64,000 nucleotides of DNA from Syntrophorhabdaceae bacterium (GCA_963666485.2 CAXXUO010000001.1:96001-160000); one strand, 5' to 3'; shown: positions 18,950 to 30,263, numbered from the stretch's first letter. The notes: generated from the sequence alone by a model not told the origin. Translations and numbers: made by a program.

Positions 18950-19759
18950 ATGAAAAGATGGGCCCTCACTGTATCGCTTATTTTTGTCACCGCGCTTCTT
19001 CCTCTCATATGTTTTAGCGCATCACCATCATCCGCGCTGCTCGGCGATGCAGCGAACAGGATCGAGCAATCCCTGAAGGCGATCGATGCGGACCTTGAAA
19101 AGGCCGCTAAGACCATCGGAAAAGATGTTAACGAACCAATGGGAAAAAGGCAGACGCTCAGCAATCTCTGCTCGGGGAAAAGTTATGCCGTTGATTGCGT
19201 GTTCATAAACACACGGGGGATAATGGAGACTGTCGAACCCTCGAAATACCGGAAGAACGAGGGTAAGAACATCGAAAACCAGGAACTTGTACGCCGCATG
19301 CAGAAAGATAAAAAGCCTGTGTTCAGCGAGATCTTTGCTACGGCCGAGGGCCTGCAGGGTGTTGTCTTTCAATATCCTGTCTTTGACAGGAAGAAGAAAT
19401 TCGCCGGCTCGGTGAGCCTCTTTGTCATGCCGGAAGTCCTCGTGCGCGACGCGATAAAAGACGTGAAATTAGAAAAAGGAATGGGCATTACCGTTGTCGA
19501 ACCGAGCGGCACGAACGTCTTCGCCACCGAACCGGAACAGGTACGCCTGAACGTCCTCACGAGCCCGCAGTACAAGGGATATGACCAGCTTCATGACATG
19601 GTGCGCCGCATAATCGCGGAGAAGGAAGGGGCGGGCGCGTACCACTATAAAAAACCGGGTACAGACATTGTTGTCAGGAAATCCGCCATCTGGAAGAACA
19701 TTTCTTTCTATGACAACTACTGGCGCGTGGTCCTGACGACGGAAGCGCATAGGCCGTAA
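18950..19759 (+). CDS. Exported stand-alone Cache-like sensor-domain protein
   Basis: Signal peptide; KPVFSEIF...GVVFQYPVFD...FAGSVS pattern. Confidence 0.65.
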   Translation: MKRWALTVSLIFVTALLPLICFSASPSSALLGDAANRIEQSLKAIDADLEKAAKTIGKDVNEPMGKRQTLSNLCSGKSYAVDCVFINTRGIMETVEPSKYRKNEGKNIENQELVRRMQKDKKPVFSEIFATAEGLQGVVFQYPVFDRKKKFAGSVSLFVMPEVLVRDAIKDVKLEKGMGITVVEPSGTNVFATEPEQVRLNVLTSPQYKGYDQLHDMVRRIIAEKEGAGAYHYKKPGTDIVVRKSAIWKNISFYDNYWRVVLTTEAHRP

Positions 19760-19765
19760 AAAAAG

Positions 19766-19852
19766 GTTCCAGGTTCCACGTTCCAGGTTCCACGTTAAAG
19801 ACAAGAAATTAGCCAAATCCCAACCTGGAACGTGGAACTTGGAACGTGGAAC
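19766..19852. repeat. Inverted pair of GTTCCA(C/G) heptamer arrays between convergent genes
   Basis: 4 units on + (19766-19793) and 4 units on - (19825-19852), each directly behind a TAA and an A-run. Confidence 0.92.
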
Positions 19853-19858
19853 CCTTTT

Positions 19859-20185
19859 TTATTCTCTGAACATAAAAAACACCGCACCCGCCATCAGGCC
19901 GAAGGATAGAAGATAATTCCACTTGAATTCTTCTTTGAGATAAAGAATGGAAAAGACCGCAAAGACCGCCAGTGTTATTACCTCCTGGATTATCTTGAGC
20001 TGCGCCGCCGAAAACTGGTAATGGCCTATCCGGTTGGCCGGAACCTGAAAACAATATTCGGCAAATGCAATGAGCCAGCTTATGATTATCACCTTCCAGA
20101 GTGACGAATCTTTGTATCTGAGGTGTCCATACCAGGCAAAGGTCATAAAGACATTCGAGACTGTAAGAAGCATAACGGTTTTCAT
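19859..20185 (-). CDS. DMT-family small membrane protein (DUF486-like)
   Basis: SNVFMTFAWYGHL, EYCFQVPANRIG, QLKIIQEVITL. Confidence 0.9.
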   Translation of the reverse strand: MKTVMLLTVSNVFMTFAWYGHLRYKDSSLWKVIIISWLIAFAEYCFQVPANRIGHYQFSAAQLKIIQEVITLAVFAVFSILYLKEEFKWNYLLSFGLMAGAVFFMFRE

Positions 20186-20313
20186 ATTTCTCTCCCCATC
20201 GGCAAACTGTGAGTAATATACATAAAGATATCGCCGGCGTGAAGAGAATTATCCGGGAAATGAGTTGAAAAAAGTCAAGGATTGCGGGAGAATAGAGGGT
20301 TCAAAATAAGGCT

Positions 20314-21408
20314 GTGATCGGAGATCAGGTGAACGAACCAAACAGGAACTATAACATCATACACTTTGAGGCGCTCGGCCCGGAGGCGATGTACCTTCAG
20401 GCGGAGACAAAGAAGGCGATCGAGTGTAAAGAGCTCCCCGAAGAGCATGCGTACCTGATCACACCGAAGAACGTTCAGGAATATATACGGGACAACGCAT
20501 CCGCGACCCTTCCCGATATTATCACGACAAAAACGCACTCGGTTCTGCCCGACGCATATATCTCGGGGAAAAAGAAAAGTGTTGTAACACGCAGCGCCGG
20601 CTACGATCATTTCGAGCACCTCGTCGATAAGGTCAACATCGCTTCGCTTCGCGAATACTGCGTCAATGCGGTTGCGCAGACTGCCATGAAATTCCTGTAC
20701 GCGGCCGCTGGCGAGTTGAACCATTACACGCTCAACACGGCCACATTTGAAAGAAAAGATTCCCGCGCTTTTATCGAGCTCGACAGGCACCGGGTATGCA
20801 CGGTTTTTGGTGTCGGCAAGATAGGCAAGAAAACGTATGAGCTCGCCGAGGCGAACGGGCTCACCGTTCAGGGAGTCGATATCCGCGAGGATGAACTTTC
20901 CGCGCTCTATAAAGGATCGGTCCGTTTTGTGTCCAAAGAAGAGGCCATCCAGACGAGCGATATCATCATCAATGCAATGAACCTCACCCGAAATATGGAC
21001 AGCAAATTCTACAACATAGGCTATTTTTCGAAATTCTATCTGGGCCAGGCAAAAAAGAAGTTGATCTTTATTAATGTCACGAGGGGCGAGATAGCGCCCG
21101 AGTCGGTCATAGCCGACCTCTACCGCGCCGGTCAAATAATCGGGATAGGCCTCGACGTGTTCAGCAACGAATCCGAGTTTGCATCTTTGCTCAACAAGCA
21201 GGGCAATGTTACGGATGCGGATGTCCTTGCGGCGAGAGGCCTCGTCGAGAAGTCAATCGAGAGAAATTCCAATATTTACGTCCAGCCTCACCAGGGCTTT
21301 AATTCGGATATTGCGGCGCAGACGAAGGCGGTCGAGGCGATCAAGCACGTTGCGGCGTGGTACAGGAACGGCGGGGCGGGGTTCGAGGAACAGCTGCCGT
21401 ACTACTAA
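20314..21408 (+). CDS. D-isomer-specific 2-hydroxyacid dehydrogenase family protein
   Basis: TRSAGYDH, GVGKIG, INVTRG, GLDVFSNE, QPHQGF; start uncertain (GTG 20314 or 20329). Confidence 0.8.
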   Translation: MIGDQVNEPNRNYNIIHFEALGPEAMYLQAETKKAIECKELPEEHAYLITPKNVQEYIRDNASATLPDIITTKTHSVLPDAYISGKKKSVVTRSAGYDHFEHLVDKVNIASLREYCVNAVAQTAMKFLYAAAGELNHYTLNTATFERKDSRAFIELDRHRVCTVFGVGKIGKKTYELAEANGLTVQGVDIREDELSALYKGSVRFVSKEEAIQTSDIIINAMNLTRNMDSKFYNIGYFSKFYLGQAKKKLIFINVTRGEIAPESVIADLYRAGQIIGIGLDVFSNESEFASLLNKQGNVTDADVLAARGLVEKSIERNSNIYVQPHQGFNSDIAAQTKAVEAIKHVAAWYRNGGAGFEEQLPYY

Positions 21409-21414
21409 AAAAAG

Positions 21415-21442
21415 GTTCCAGGTTCCACGTTCCAGGTTCCAC
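21415..21442 (+). repeat. GTTCCA(C/G) heptamer x4 after the stop codon
   Basis: taaaaaaag gttccag gttccac gttccag gttccac. Confidence 0.92.
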
Positions 21443-21563
21443 GAAAAAGATAAAAGATAATTAAAAAAAGCGTTGAAAGGTCAACGTTCAAGGCTCAAGG
21501 TTCAACGAAAAAACGTACGCTAATAAAACTGCTTCAGATGTTAGATCGGGATAGGAGGAATTG

Positions 21564-23660
21564 ATGGAATTGACCGAAGTTTTCGGGTCCAATGTCTTCA
21601 ACGACAAGGTGATGAGGCAGCGGCTGCCCAAAGAAGTTTACAAGGCCCTGAAGAAGACCATAGAAGAAGGCCTTCCTTTAAAGGCCGACATCGCCGATGT
21701 CGTCGCCAATGCTATGAAAGACTGGGCGATCGAGAAGGGCGCCACACATTACACACACTGGTTCCAGCCCCTGACGGGAATTACGGCGGAGAAGCATGAT
21801 TCCTTTATTTCGCCGGCCCCCGACGGCAGCGTGATCATGGAATTTTCCGGAAAGCAGCTCGTACAGGGAGAACCTGACGCATCGTCATTCCCGAGCGGGG
21901 GCCTGAGGGCCACGTTCGAGGCACGTGGTTACACGGCATGGGATTGCACGTCGCCCGCATTCCTCAAGGAAGACGAGGCCGGCAATGTCACGCTGACCAT
22001 CCCGACCGCATTTTACTCTTATCGCGGGGAAGCGCTCGACAAGAAAACACCGCTCTTGCGGTCGATGCGGGCCATTTCCGGGCAGGCGATCCGGGTCTTA
22101 CGGGCTCTCGGAAATACAACATCCCGGCGTGTCATATCCACCGTCGGCCCGGAACAGGAGTATTTTCTCGTCGACAAGAAATACTACATGGAGCGGCTCG
22201 ACCTGATGCTCGCGGGGCGCACGATCTTCGGGGCCCCCGCACCCAAAGGCCAGGAACTCGAGGACCAGTATTTCGGCGCGATAAAAGACCGCGTATCAGA
22301 CTACATGCATACCCTCGATATGGAACTATGGAAGATGGGGATCACCTCGAAAACGAAACATAACGAGGTGGCACCGGCCCAGTTCGAGATGGCCCCCATC
22401 TTCGATACGACGAACATCGCGACCGACCACAACCAGCTCGTCATGGAGACCATGCAGAAGGTCGCCTTCCGCAACGATCTCGTATGCCTGCTCCACGAAA
22501 AACCCTATGCGGGAATTAATGGGTCCGGTAAGCATAACAACTGGTCATTATCAACCGATGACGGATTCAATCTCCTCGAGCCGGGCCATACACCGAGCGA
22601 GAACGTCCAGTTCCTTCTCTTCGTCAGCGCGATGATCAAGGCTGTCGATACGTACGCCGATGTTCTCCGCGCAACCTGCGCGACGGCCGGGAACGACCAC
22701 CGCCTGGGCGCAAACGAGGCGCCGCCGGCGATCATCTCGATATTCATGGGCGAGGAACTGACAGATATACTTGAAAAGATCGCACGAGGTGAAAAGACGT
22801 CCTCCCGGGGCGAGCAATTCGTCGGGGTAGGCGTTGACACCCTGCCCATGATACCGCGGGACAACACCGACAGGAACAGGACGTCACCTTTTGCATTTAC
22901 CGGCAATAAATTCGAGTTCAGGATGGTCGGTTCCGCCCAGTCTATAGCCGGGTCGAATGTCGTGCTCAACACGATAGCGGCCGAGGCCTTCGATGAAATA
23001 GCGTCACGTCTCGAAAAGGCAAAGGACGTCGTCTCCGAAACCGCGAAGACCATCCGGGATATCTGGAAGAAACACAACCGGGTCGTATTCAACGGCAACA
23101 ACTATTCAGAAGAATGGGTGAAGGAAGCGATAAAACGGGGCCTCCCGAACATAAACAACGCGGTGGACGCCCTCAAGGCTTTTGTCACGGAAAAATCATT
23201 CAAGCTTTTCGAAAAATACGATGTCCTCTCACGGAAAGAAGTTGTCTCGCGCTTCGAGATCTACGTCGAGACATATTCGAAACAGATAAATATCGAGGCC
23301 CGGGTAGCGATTGACATGGCAAGAAGACAGATTATTCCCGCAGCGATGGAATATGCCGGGTTTCTCGCCGATGCGGCCGACGGTCTTAAAGAATTCAACA
23401 TCCCATCCTTAGCACCGGAAGACATCCTGAAAAAGCTCGGCGCGGCCCTTACGTCAGCATACAAGAACCTGGGAAAACTCGAAAAAGCGCTGGAACGATC
23501 CCGCAAGATCGCGGACACCGTCAAATGCGCGGAAAATTATCGCGACGCCGTGCTCACCGCGATACAAACCCTGCGCGTCGATATAGACAAGCTGGAAACT
23601 ATGGTCCCGGCAAATATATGGCCGATACCGACATATACAGACCTATTATTTAAATTATAA
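21564..23660 (+). CDS. glnN: Glutamine synthetase type III
   Basis: [72 protein letters not shown]. Confidence 0.95.
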   Translation: MELTEVFGSNVFNDKVMRQRLPKEVYKALKKTIEEGLPLKADIADVVANAMKDWAIEKGATHYTHWFQPLTGITAEKHDSFISPAPDGSVIMEFSGKQLVQGEPDASSFPSGGLRATFEARGYTAWDCTSPAFLKEDEAGNVTLTIPTAFYSYRGEALDKKTPLLRSMRAISGQAIRVLRALGNTTSRRVISTVGPEQEYFLVDKKYYMERLDLMLAGRTIFGAPAPKGQELEDQYFGAIKDRVSDYMHTLDMELWKMGITSKTKHNEVAPAQFEMAPIFDTTNIATDHNQLVMETMQKVAFRNDLVCLLHEKPYAGINGSGKHNNWSLSTDDGFNLLEPGHTPSENVQFLLFVSAMIKAVDTYADVLRATCATAGNDHRLGANEAPPAIISIFMGEELTDILEKIARGEKTSSRGEQFVGVGVDTLPMIPRDNTDRNRTSPFAFTGNKFEFRMVGSAQSIAGSNVVLNTIAAEAFDEIASRLEKAKDVVSETAKTIRDIWKKHNRVVFNGNNYSEEWVKEAIKRGLPNINNAVDALKAFVTEKSFKLFEKYDVLSRKEVVSRFEIYVETYSKQINIEARVAIDMARRQIIPAAMEYAGFLADAADGLKEFNIPSLAPEDILKKLGAALTSAYKNLGKLEKALERSRKIADTVKCAENYRDAVLTAIQTLRVDIDKLETMVPANIWPIPTYTDLLFKL

Positions 23661-23701
23661 AGAGTGTTCAAAGTCGGCTTGTTTGACGGTCGACTTACCT
23701 C

Positions 23702-23944
23702 GCCGTCATCCCGGGCTTGACCCGGGACCCAAGGTTTTCGCTTTTTTGTTCTTTTTATTTATAGTCCCGAAAAACTGAAAAGAAAAACCTTGGGGTCCCG
23801 GCTCTGACGGCCGGGATGACGGCTGAGAGGGTTTCCAGGTCATCGGTCACTTTCGAACCAAAAAAACCAAAGACGCTGGATTCCCGCTTGCGCGGGAATG
23901 ACGGCAGGTGGTGAATCCCGGTGTCAAGCACCTGGATGACGGCC
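23702..23944. repeat. Cluster of CGTC-type REP palindromes (doublet 23702-23823, singlets 23869-23908 and about 23916-23944)
   Basis: gccgtcatcccgggcttgacccgggacccaaggtttt ... aaaaccttggggtcccggctctgacggccgggatgacggc; aaagacgctggattcccgcttgcgcgggaatgacggcagg. Confidence 0.88.
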
Positions 23945-23955
23945 AGTGGGTAGAT

Positions 23956-24001
23956 GCCTTACGCCTTTCCGTTAGCCGTTAGCCGTACGCCGTTAGCCGT
24001 T
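23956..24001 (-). repeat. Degenerate heptamer repeats (CGGCTAA/AGGCGTA) overlapping the end of the acyl-CoA ligase gene
   Basis: gccttacgcctttccgttagccgttagccgtacgccgttagccg. Confidence 0.75.
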
Positions 24002-26062
24002 TATCATCCTCGCATCCACCACATACAACTCATCCCCTGTCCCCTTCAGCGGGTTTATGTCCATTTCCCGGATAGAGGGGAAGTCGGAGACGAGAAGTGC
24101 AAGACGCGCCAGGTTTTCAGCGAGAACGCTTATCGAAACGCCCTTCTGCCCGCGGACCCCTTCAAGGATCTTATAGGCCCTGATCGAGCGTATCATGTGC
24201 ATACATTCCTCATTGGACAGGGGGGCGAGACCAAAACTTACGTCCTTGAGCACCTCGGTATAGATACCGCCGAGACCGAACATGACGAGCTGCCCTATGT
24301 CCCCGGAGCGGCTCGAACCGAGAATGACCTCGGTCCCTTCTATCATCTTCTGCACCAGGACGCCGGCTGCCCCGGGTATCGCCATGAGATCGCTCCATGC
24401 CTGCCCGGCCTTATCGGCATTGCCAATTCCAAGCCTGACCCCGCCGACATCGCTTTTATGCAGGGGACCGGCCACTTTCATGGCGACGGGATAGCCGATC
24501 GCATCGCAGGTTTTCACCGCTTCATCGAGCGACGCAGCCATTGCCTGCGGCGGGAATGCAAACCCGGCATTTTTGAGCACCTGCTCTACCATATCGGCTG
24601 ACAGCACCCCGCCTTTGCCTTCCAGAATTCTTGCGACCCCTTCCCTGTTGTATCCCGGGATATCGCGGGATGCGTCGGATATAACCGGGCGCTTGAGCAC
24701 ACTGCCCAATCCCCAGCCGCAATTGACCTCATCGACAAAATAAAAATTGTCTCTTTCGGTAAATTCGCGTATCTGTTCCGTACAGGTCGTGACGGAACTC
24801 AATGTAGGAAGTATGGGTATCGGGCATGTCCTTCTCGCCTCGGCCACTTCATGATAGATCTCGCGGTTCGGATGCATCCCCGGGTTTCCCACCTGTATCG
24901 CTATGACATTGATGTTTTGGATCTCCTCTTCACCCAGTATTTGAAAGATCTGCCGCATCTGGAGGCCCGTCCGGGACGGAAGGGTATCGATGGGATTGAG
25001 GACCGAGCTTTCGGCCGGTAGAATTTCCCTCAATCTTTGGCGCGTCTTTTCGCCGAGGACCGGCAGGACGAACCCCTGCCGTTCGAGCTCGTCGGTGAGC
25101 ATGACGCCCGGGCCTCCTGCATCGGTTATAACGCAGGCGCGGTTCCCCGCGAGCTTCCCGCAGGTGCCCGTGAGGGCACATGCTGTGTCGATCATTTCCA
25201 TCTTGCTTTTCACCCTGATGATCCCCGCTTTTTCAAATAATGCATCTACGGCCGCGTTATCGGTTGCCATCGCGCCCGTGTGGCTCGCCGCCGCCCGGGC
25301 CCCGGATTCGGAGACGCCCGACTTGATGCCAATGATAGAACATCCTTTCTTTGTCAGGCTTCGGGCCGCCTTCAGGAAGATCCCGGGTTTCTTGAGATTC
25401 TCGAGATAGAGCAAAAGAATGGGGGACCCGTCGACGTCATAATTCTCGTCATAAAGAGCGAACAGGTCCTCGACACCGATCTGAACGGAATTGCCGACGT
25501 TCACGACATTGCAAAACTCGAGTCCCCTGAGCACCGCCTGTTCCATGACAAGGTCCACGGTCGCGCCGGAACCACTGATGAAGTCGATGGAATTTGGTTT
25601 TAATTCGGGTATGATCCCCGCGAATTTCCCGCTGTAATGATATGTCATAAACCCGGAACAATTCGGTCCGATGATCGTCATGTCAAGGTCTTGAGCGATC
25701 GAAAGCAGCCTCATCTCCTCTTTTTTCCCGGCTTCGTCTTTTTCTCCAAACCCGGCCGAAAGTATCACGACGGCCTTTGTTCCCCTTCGGCCGAGGTCTT
25801 CGAGCGCCTGCGCCACGAGTTTCGCCGGGATCGCAATGATGCCGAGCTCCGGTATACCGGGGACGTCATTCACCGACGGAAAGGTCGGAAGGCCCGCCAC
25901 CGGCCCGCCGGGATTCACAATGAAAAGTTCGCCCTCGTAATGATGCTCGACTATGTTGGCGAGCACGGTGCCGCCAGGCTTCAGCTTGCTCTCGCTGCCG
26001 CCGACGATCACAATGCTCTTGGGCCTGAAAAGCGCATTATAGATTGCCCGGCTATTTTTCAT
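23993..26062 (-). CDS. ADP-forming acetate/acyl-CoA ligase (fused alpha-beta)
   Basis: CoA-binding domain, GPNCSG, AAASHTGAMA phospho-His motif, ATP-grasp HKSDVGGV, EMDINPL. Confidence 0.92.
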   Translation of the reverse strand: MKNSRAIYNALFRPKSIVIVGGSESKLKPGGTVLANIVEHHYEGELFIVNPGGPVAGLPTFPSVNDVPGIPELGIIAIPAKLVAQALEDLGRRGTKAVVILSAGFGEKDEAGKKEEMRLLSIAQDLDMTIIGPNCSGFMTYHYSGKFAGIIPELKPNSIDFISGSGATVDLVMEQAVLRGLEFCNVVNVGNSVQIGVEDLFALYDENYDVDGSPILLLYLENLKKPGIFLKAARSLTKKGCSIIGIKSGVSESGARAAASHTGAMATDNAAVDALFEKAGIIRVKSKMEMIDTACALTGTCGKLAGNRACVITDAGGPGVMLTDELERQGFVLPVLGEKTRQRLREILPAESSVLNPIDTLPSRTGLQMRQIFQILGEEEIQNINVIAIQVGNPGMHPNREIYHEVAEARRTCPIPILPTLSSVTTCTEQIREFTERDNFYFVDEVNCGWGLGSVLKRPVISDASRDIPGYNREGVARILEGKGGVLSADMVEQVLKNAGFAFPPQAMAASLDEAVKTCDAIGYPVAMKVAGPLHKSDVGGVRLGIGNADKAGQAWSDLMAIPGAAGVLVQKMIEGTEVILGSSRSGDIGQLVMFGLGGIYTEVLKDVSFGLAPLSNEECMHMIRSIRAYKILEGVRGQKGVSISVLAENLARLALLVSDFPSIREMDINPLKGTGDELYVVDARMING

Positions 26063-26237
26063 ATCGGTATCCTCGGAATTGTAAGACTTTCACAGCTCTC
26101 CATTATCATACCACAATGACCTTGCAACCCATATATTAAGGCTATCAAGGACCAACAAGAATATCCCGAGAACATTAAAAAGTCTTTTTAGAGATTCCGC
26201 GCGAAGGGCACCTTGCGCAAACAGAACCCGGTCTTTA

Positions 26238-27405
26238 TCATTGACGGCATATTTCCAGGAGGGCCTGGACCCGCGTAAGTATCTGGCCCGCATCTCCCTG
26301 GGAATAGTCTGTTTCTATCTTTAGGAAGGGCAATCCATGTTTCTTCTGAACATGTTCTCCCACCTTGTATGACTCGACATTATATGTGTGGCACGCCTGG
26401 AGGACGACATCGACCACGGCATCAGGCTTGAACCTCTCCACCATCGAGTCGATCGCATCCAGTCTTCGTGTATTAGGTGTCATACAGGAGCAAGGGATAG
26501 TAAGGTAATGCGCCGCTATCGCCCGGACAGGATCCTCTGTGCCTTCTTCAAACCCGTGCATGTATGGTTTCATTCCCATGCATGAGTCCGGGGCAACGAC
26601 CACACCCGCCGGCTTCTTCGATGATCTTGAAAACCTTTGCGGCATCCCCCGCAATAGGGCAGCCCGTTACCATCACTCTCGGCCAGGTTTCCGGCCTGTA
26701 CGCATAACCATCCGACAGCCTCGCATCGAGCTTTCTGAAAATGTCCTCGAAAACAGGGAGCATCTCTTTCCCGGACATACCCTGGGCCACAAAGAAGAGG
26801 TCGTACAATTCCTGCCAGCCGACAATTGACGGCTTGAGCGCCAAATAGTCGAATACGCGATTCATGAGACCGATTTTCATATTCGATTCCCGTATCGCTG
26901 CCTCGATCCTCTCCTTGTCAGCTGCTTTCCCGAATTGCATCTCAAGGAACCGTATCAGCTTCCCTATCATGTTTGTCCAATTATCGAGCGCTTCCGGCTC
27001 GTCGGGAATCTGCGGGAGGTCCATGACATGCATCGGTTTATGTGATCTTATAAGCTCAAACATCTTTTTCTTGCCGTCGCATGTCGTTTCGGCGACGACA
27101 GCGTCCGATAATCCGAAGAAAGGGCATGTGTCGGTAATAATATACCCGTAGCTGGATTTTATGAGGGAACAAAGATTGCCCGGCAGTACGGCTTCCGCTT
27201 TTTCGATTGGAGTATTTGAAAAAGCACAGAGGACCGCCGGAACATGGCCCATGGCACGGATGATCTCGACCGGGGCATACGTGCAGTATACTCCCACGAT
27301 CTTGACATCTTTGGTTCTTTGCGACTGGAGGTATGCCAGAAGTCTTTTGGTTGGTACATCGCCGGTATATTCGTCATCAAAAAGAGGTTCTCTATTAGTG
27401 TTCAT
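26238..27405 (-). pseudogene. Double-cubane-cluster protein (HgdAB-like anaerobic reductase) with a +1 frameshift near 26605-26607
   Basis: GVYCTYAPVE, LCSLIKSSYG, CPF, ETTCDGKKK and GCP in one frame; DSCMG, CSCMTPN, ACHTYNVE and ETDYS in the next. Total length 1168 = 3n+1. Confidence 0.85.
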
Positions 27406-27918
27406 TTTTTCTCCTCGTATGTCCTGTACTTTTAAGGAACCGGATAAATATCATTCTGCCACCAGGCACATTGCCCCATGTTCCTGTTTCGTTTTTCGTG
27501 ATGTAATCTCGGCCGGGAAGGCAGAATTTTACGGGTGATGAGGAGGATACCAGACCGGTACCCCATGATGTAAATCAGGAGGGAAAAAAATATTACTTAT
27601 TTTACCTGTCTCTTCTCTCGTCATTATTCTATTTCAGAAATTCCTGGTTATTATAACATAGCGCTTCGACCATGTCATTATAAGCTGATTGCATTTTCGT
27701 CATAAGGCTGCCTAGGTTTATTGACCTTTCCGGTCCCGTGGTTCAGCTTCGGTGTTTCGGGGGTATTAATACCATAGAGCCTCACTTTCAATTTTGTCCT
27801 GTCCGCACGCCGCGAAGTGCGAAACGAAATAATTGACACAGAAATACAGGTTTATCTTGACGGGACGCCCCAAGAGACATAATCTTAGCTACACTTTATA
27901 AGACTATTCAGGTTTCCT

Positions 27919-28341
27919 ATGATGAAAACAAAGAAAAACCCCCAAATAGTTACAGCCGCTATAATCGAGAAAGATGGCAGGGTCCTCATCGGAAAAAGAA
28001 AAGAAGGGAAACATCATGCGGGGAAATGGGAATTCCCCGGCGGCACCCTTGAAGAGGGTGAAACGTATGAAGAATGCCTGAAACGTGAGCTTCAGGAGGA
28101 GCTCGCCGTGGATGCAGAGATCGGCGAACTGTACTGCATTGGCGAGCACGTTCTTACGCCGGAATGGACGATCAGGTTGTTGGCGTACCGTGTCGACAGG
28201 GTCTCGGGTGTTCTCACCCCGGAAGAGCACGAAGAGTTAAAATGGGTCCGGATAAAGGAGCTTGCCGACTACGAATTTCCGGAGGCGGACAGGCCGATCG
28301 TCGAAAAATTGATCTCCGAGTGTGACACCCGGGGCCTTTAG
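27919..28341 (+). CDS. MutT-like NUDIX hydrolase
   Basis: WEFPGGTLEEGETYEECLKRELQEEL Nudix box. Confidence 0.92.
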   Translation: MMKTKKNPQIVTAAIIEKDGRVLIGKRKEGKHHAGKWEFPGGTLEEGETYEECLKRELQEELAVDAEIGELYCIGEHVLTPEWTIRLLAYRVDRVSGVLTPEEHEELKWVRIKELADYEFPEADRPIVEKLISECDTRGL

Positions 28342-28404
28342 ACGGCAATAGATCTTTCAACTTGGGCTTTACCGGGAAGCAGTAATTATATTACGATACA
28401 CATT

Positions 28405-29061
28405 ATGCAGCTTCATATATATGGCCCGGGTGGACCTTACACGCCCATGATGGAGTCGGCCCTCGCGTATTTCCAGAGGACCGGGATCGAGGTTTTCGTC
28501 ATGATGGGGACGCCGGACCAGTGGATGCCATTCGCCCGCGCGAGCGCCGACTGCATCTACGGGGGTGCGGAATACATGATGACCGACCTTGCGGCGGAAT
28601 ATCCCGATATGATCGACACGGCATCAATAACAGGTCTTCACTCGCGCGAGATCGGCATAATTGTCAGGCCGGGAAATCCTCTCGGTATATCATCGCTCGC
28701 CGACCTCGGCCGCAAAAATGCCAGGATACTCGATATACGCCTCGAAAAAATGGAAGAACTGCAGGAACTGGCATCGATAGACCCCGATGCAGTCTCCCTG
28801 ACAGTGATGACAGGCAAGGAGGGATACGACGCCTGGCCATTGAGACCGGATATCGATGCCTGGATCACGTACCGGTCATGGCATGTCAAAATGACGGATA
28901 CTTCCGATTTTGTCCGGCTCCCGCCCGCGGAAATAGCGTTTCGAAAAACCCCTATCGCTATCACGAGAAACTCTTCAAAACCCTCCGAGGCCCAGAAATT
29001 TATAGAGTTTCTCAAATCCAAACCGGGCCATGCCATTTTTCAAAAATGGGGCTGGGAATAG
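28405..29061 (+). CDS. AcfC/PEB3-like substrate-binding-fold protein
   Basis: YGPGGP, ADCIYGGAEYMM, IIVRPGNP, DAWIT, IFQKWGW. Confidence 0.75.
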   Translation: MQLHIYGPGGPYTPMMESALAYFQRTGIEVFVMMGTPDQWMPFARASADCIYGGAEYMMTDLAAEYPDMIDTASITGLHSREIGIIVRPGNPLGISSLADLGRKNARILDIRLEKMEELQELASIDPDAVSLTVMTGKEGYDAWPLRPDIDAWITYRSWHVKMTDTSDFVRLPPAEIAFRKTPIAITRNSSKPSEAQKFIEFLKSKPGHAIFQKWGWE

Positions 29062-29070
29062 AGCGGGATC

Positions 29071-29586
29071 ATGATCATACCTTTTTGCGGCAAACATCCA
29101 AAGATCGATCCAACGGCTTTCGTCGTCGGCAATGCCGCGATCATAGGTGATGTCGAGATAGGCCCCCGGGCGAACATATGGTTTCAATGCACCGTGCGGG
29201 GCGACACGAATTATATCCGCATCGGTGCCCGCTGCAACATACAGGACGCCTGCGTCCTTCACGTGGTGAAGGACCGGTACCCCGTTATTCTCGAAGATGA
29301 TGTCGTGCTCGGTCATCGCGTCGTTGTCCATGGATGCCGTGTGGGCCGCGGTGCCCTCATCGGTATCGGGGCCATCGTCCTTGACGGCGCCGAGATAGGT
29401 GAAGGGTCCATCATCGGGGCAGGTTCGGTCGTGAGCCCGCAAACGGTCATTCCCCCGCGCAGCCTTGCGCTCGGCACGCCCGCCAGGGTCGTGCGCAGCA
29501 TCGAACAGAGGGACGTCGCCCTCATCGAGGACATAGCGGGGCAGTATCTCGACCTGATGGAACTCTACAGGGGAACCGGGGCCTAA
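29071..29586 (+). CDS. Gamma carbonic anhydrase family protein
   Basis: IIGDVEIG, VRGD, NIQD..LH, GH...HGC hexapeptide repeats. Confidence 0.92.
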   Translation: MIIPFCGKHPKIDPTAFVVGNAAIIGDVEIGPRANIWFQCTVRGDTNYIRIGARCNIQDACVLHVVKDRYPVILEDDVVLGHRVVVHGCRVGRGALIGIGAIVLDGAEIGEGSIIGAGSVVSPQTVIPPRSLALGTPARVVRSIEQRDVALIEDIAGQYLDLMELYRGTGA

Positions 29587-29750
29587 AGATCCTTGCATGG
29601 CGGGACACCGCCCGGGCAGGCCCACAAAAGCACTTGCAAACGGAACACCGGCTATAGGAAAATAGATGAAGGCTATTGCCTTGCTACTGTAATGTAAGGA
29701 GGCTCGCACTAACTGTGAAAATAGATGAAAGAAAACAGTCACCCCGCACA

Positions 29751-30245
29751 ATGTTCCCCCGTCCTTTCCTGTACTTACTGGCCATGATACTGTGCCTCGT
29801 ATGGTTCGCCGGCGACGCCTGTGCCGAGCGGGCTTCCGGCCCGGCTGAAAAAAAGCAGGGCCTCTCTGAAATGGACAGGTTGGCCCAGGAAAAGAACGAT
29901 GTCAGGCAGGCACGTTTAAAACTCCTGCAGGACGAAGGCACCTACCAGGTCCAGTATTTCAAACCTGTCGACAGGCTGCGCAGACAGCTCGATCTGGAGG
30001 AAAGCGACCTGTATGCGGAATGTTCGAACGGCAAGGACCTGAAGGCCCCGAAGCACGGCTTCTGCATAGCCGAACTCAACAGGTTCAACGACAACGTAAA
30101 ATATTACAATGAACGTGTCGATGCACTGAAAGCGGGACTTGTCGGCCACAAACAGGAATTTGCCGCGAAAATGGACGATCTCGACAAGAAAGAGCGGGAG
30201 ATAGACCGCAAGATAACCTTGCTAAAAGAAAAGAAGCAACGCTAA
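29751..30245 (+). CDS. Exported coiled-coil hypothetical protein
   Basis: Signal-like N-terminus and charged helical body; start uncertain. Confidence 0.6.
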   Translation: MFPRPFLYLLAMILCLVWFAGDACAERASGPAEKKQGLSEMDRLAQEKNDVRQARLKLLQDEGTYQVQYFKPVDRLRRQLDLEESDLYAECSNGKDLKAPKHGFCIAELNRFNDNVKYYNERVDALKAGLVGHKQEFAAKMDDLDKKEREIDRKITLLKEKKQR

Positions 30246-30263
30246 TAACCTTTCCGGTGCTTT

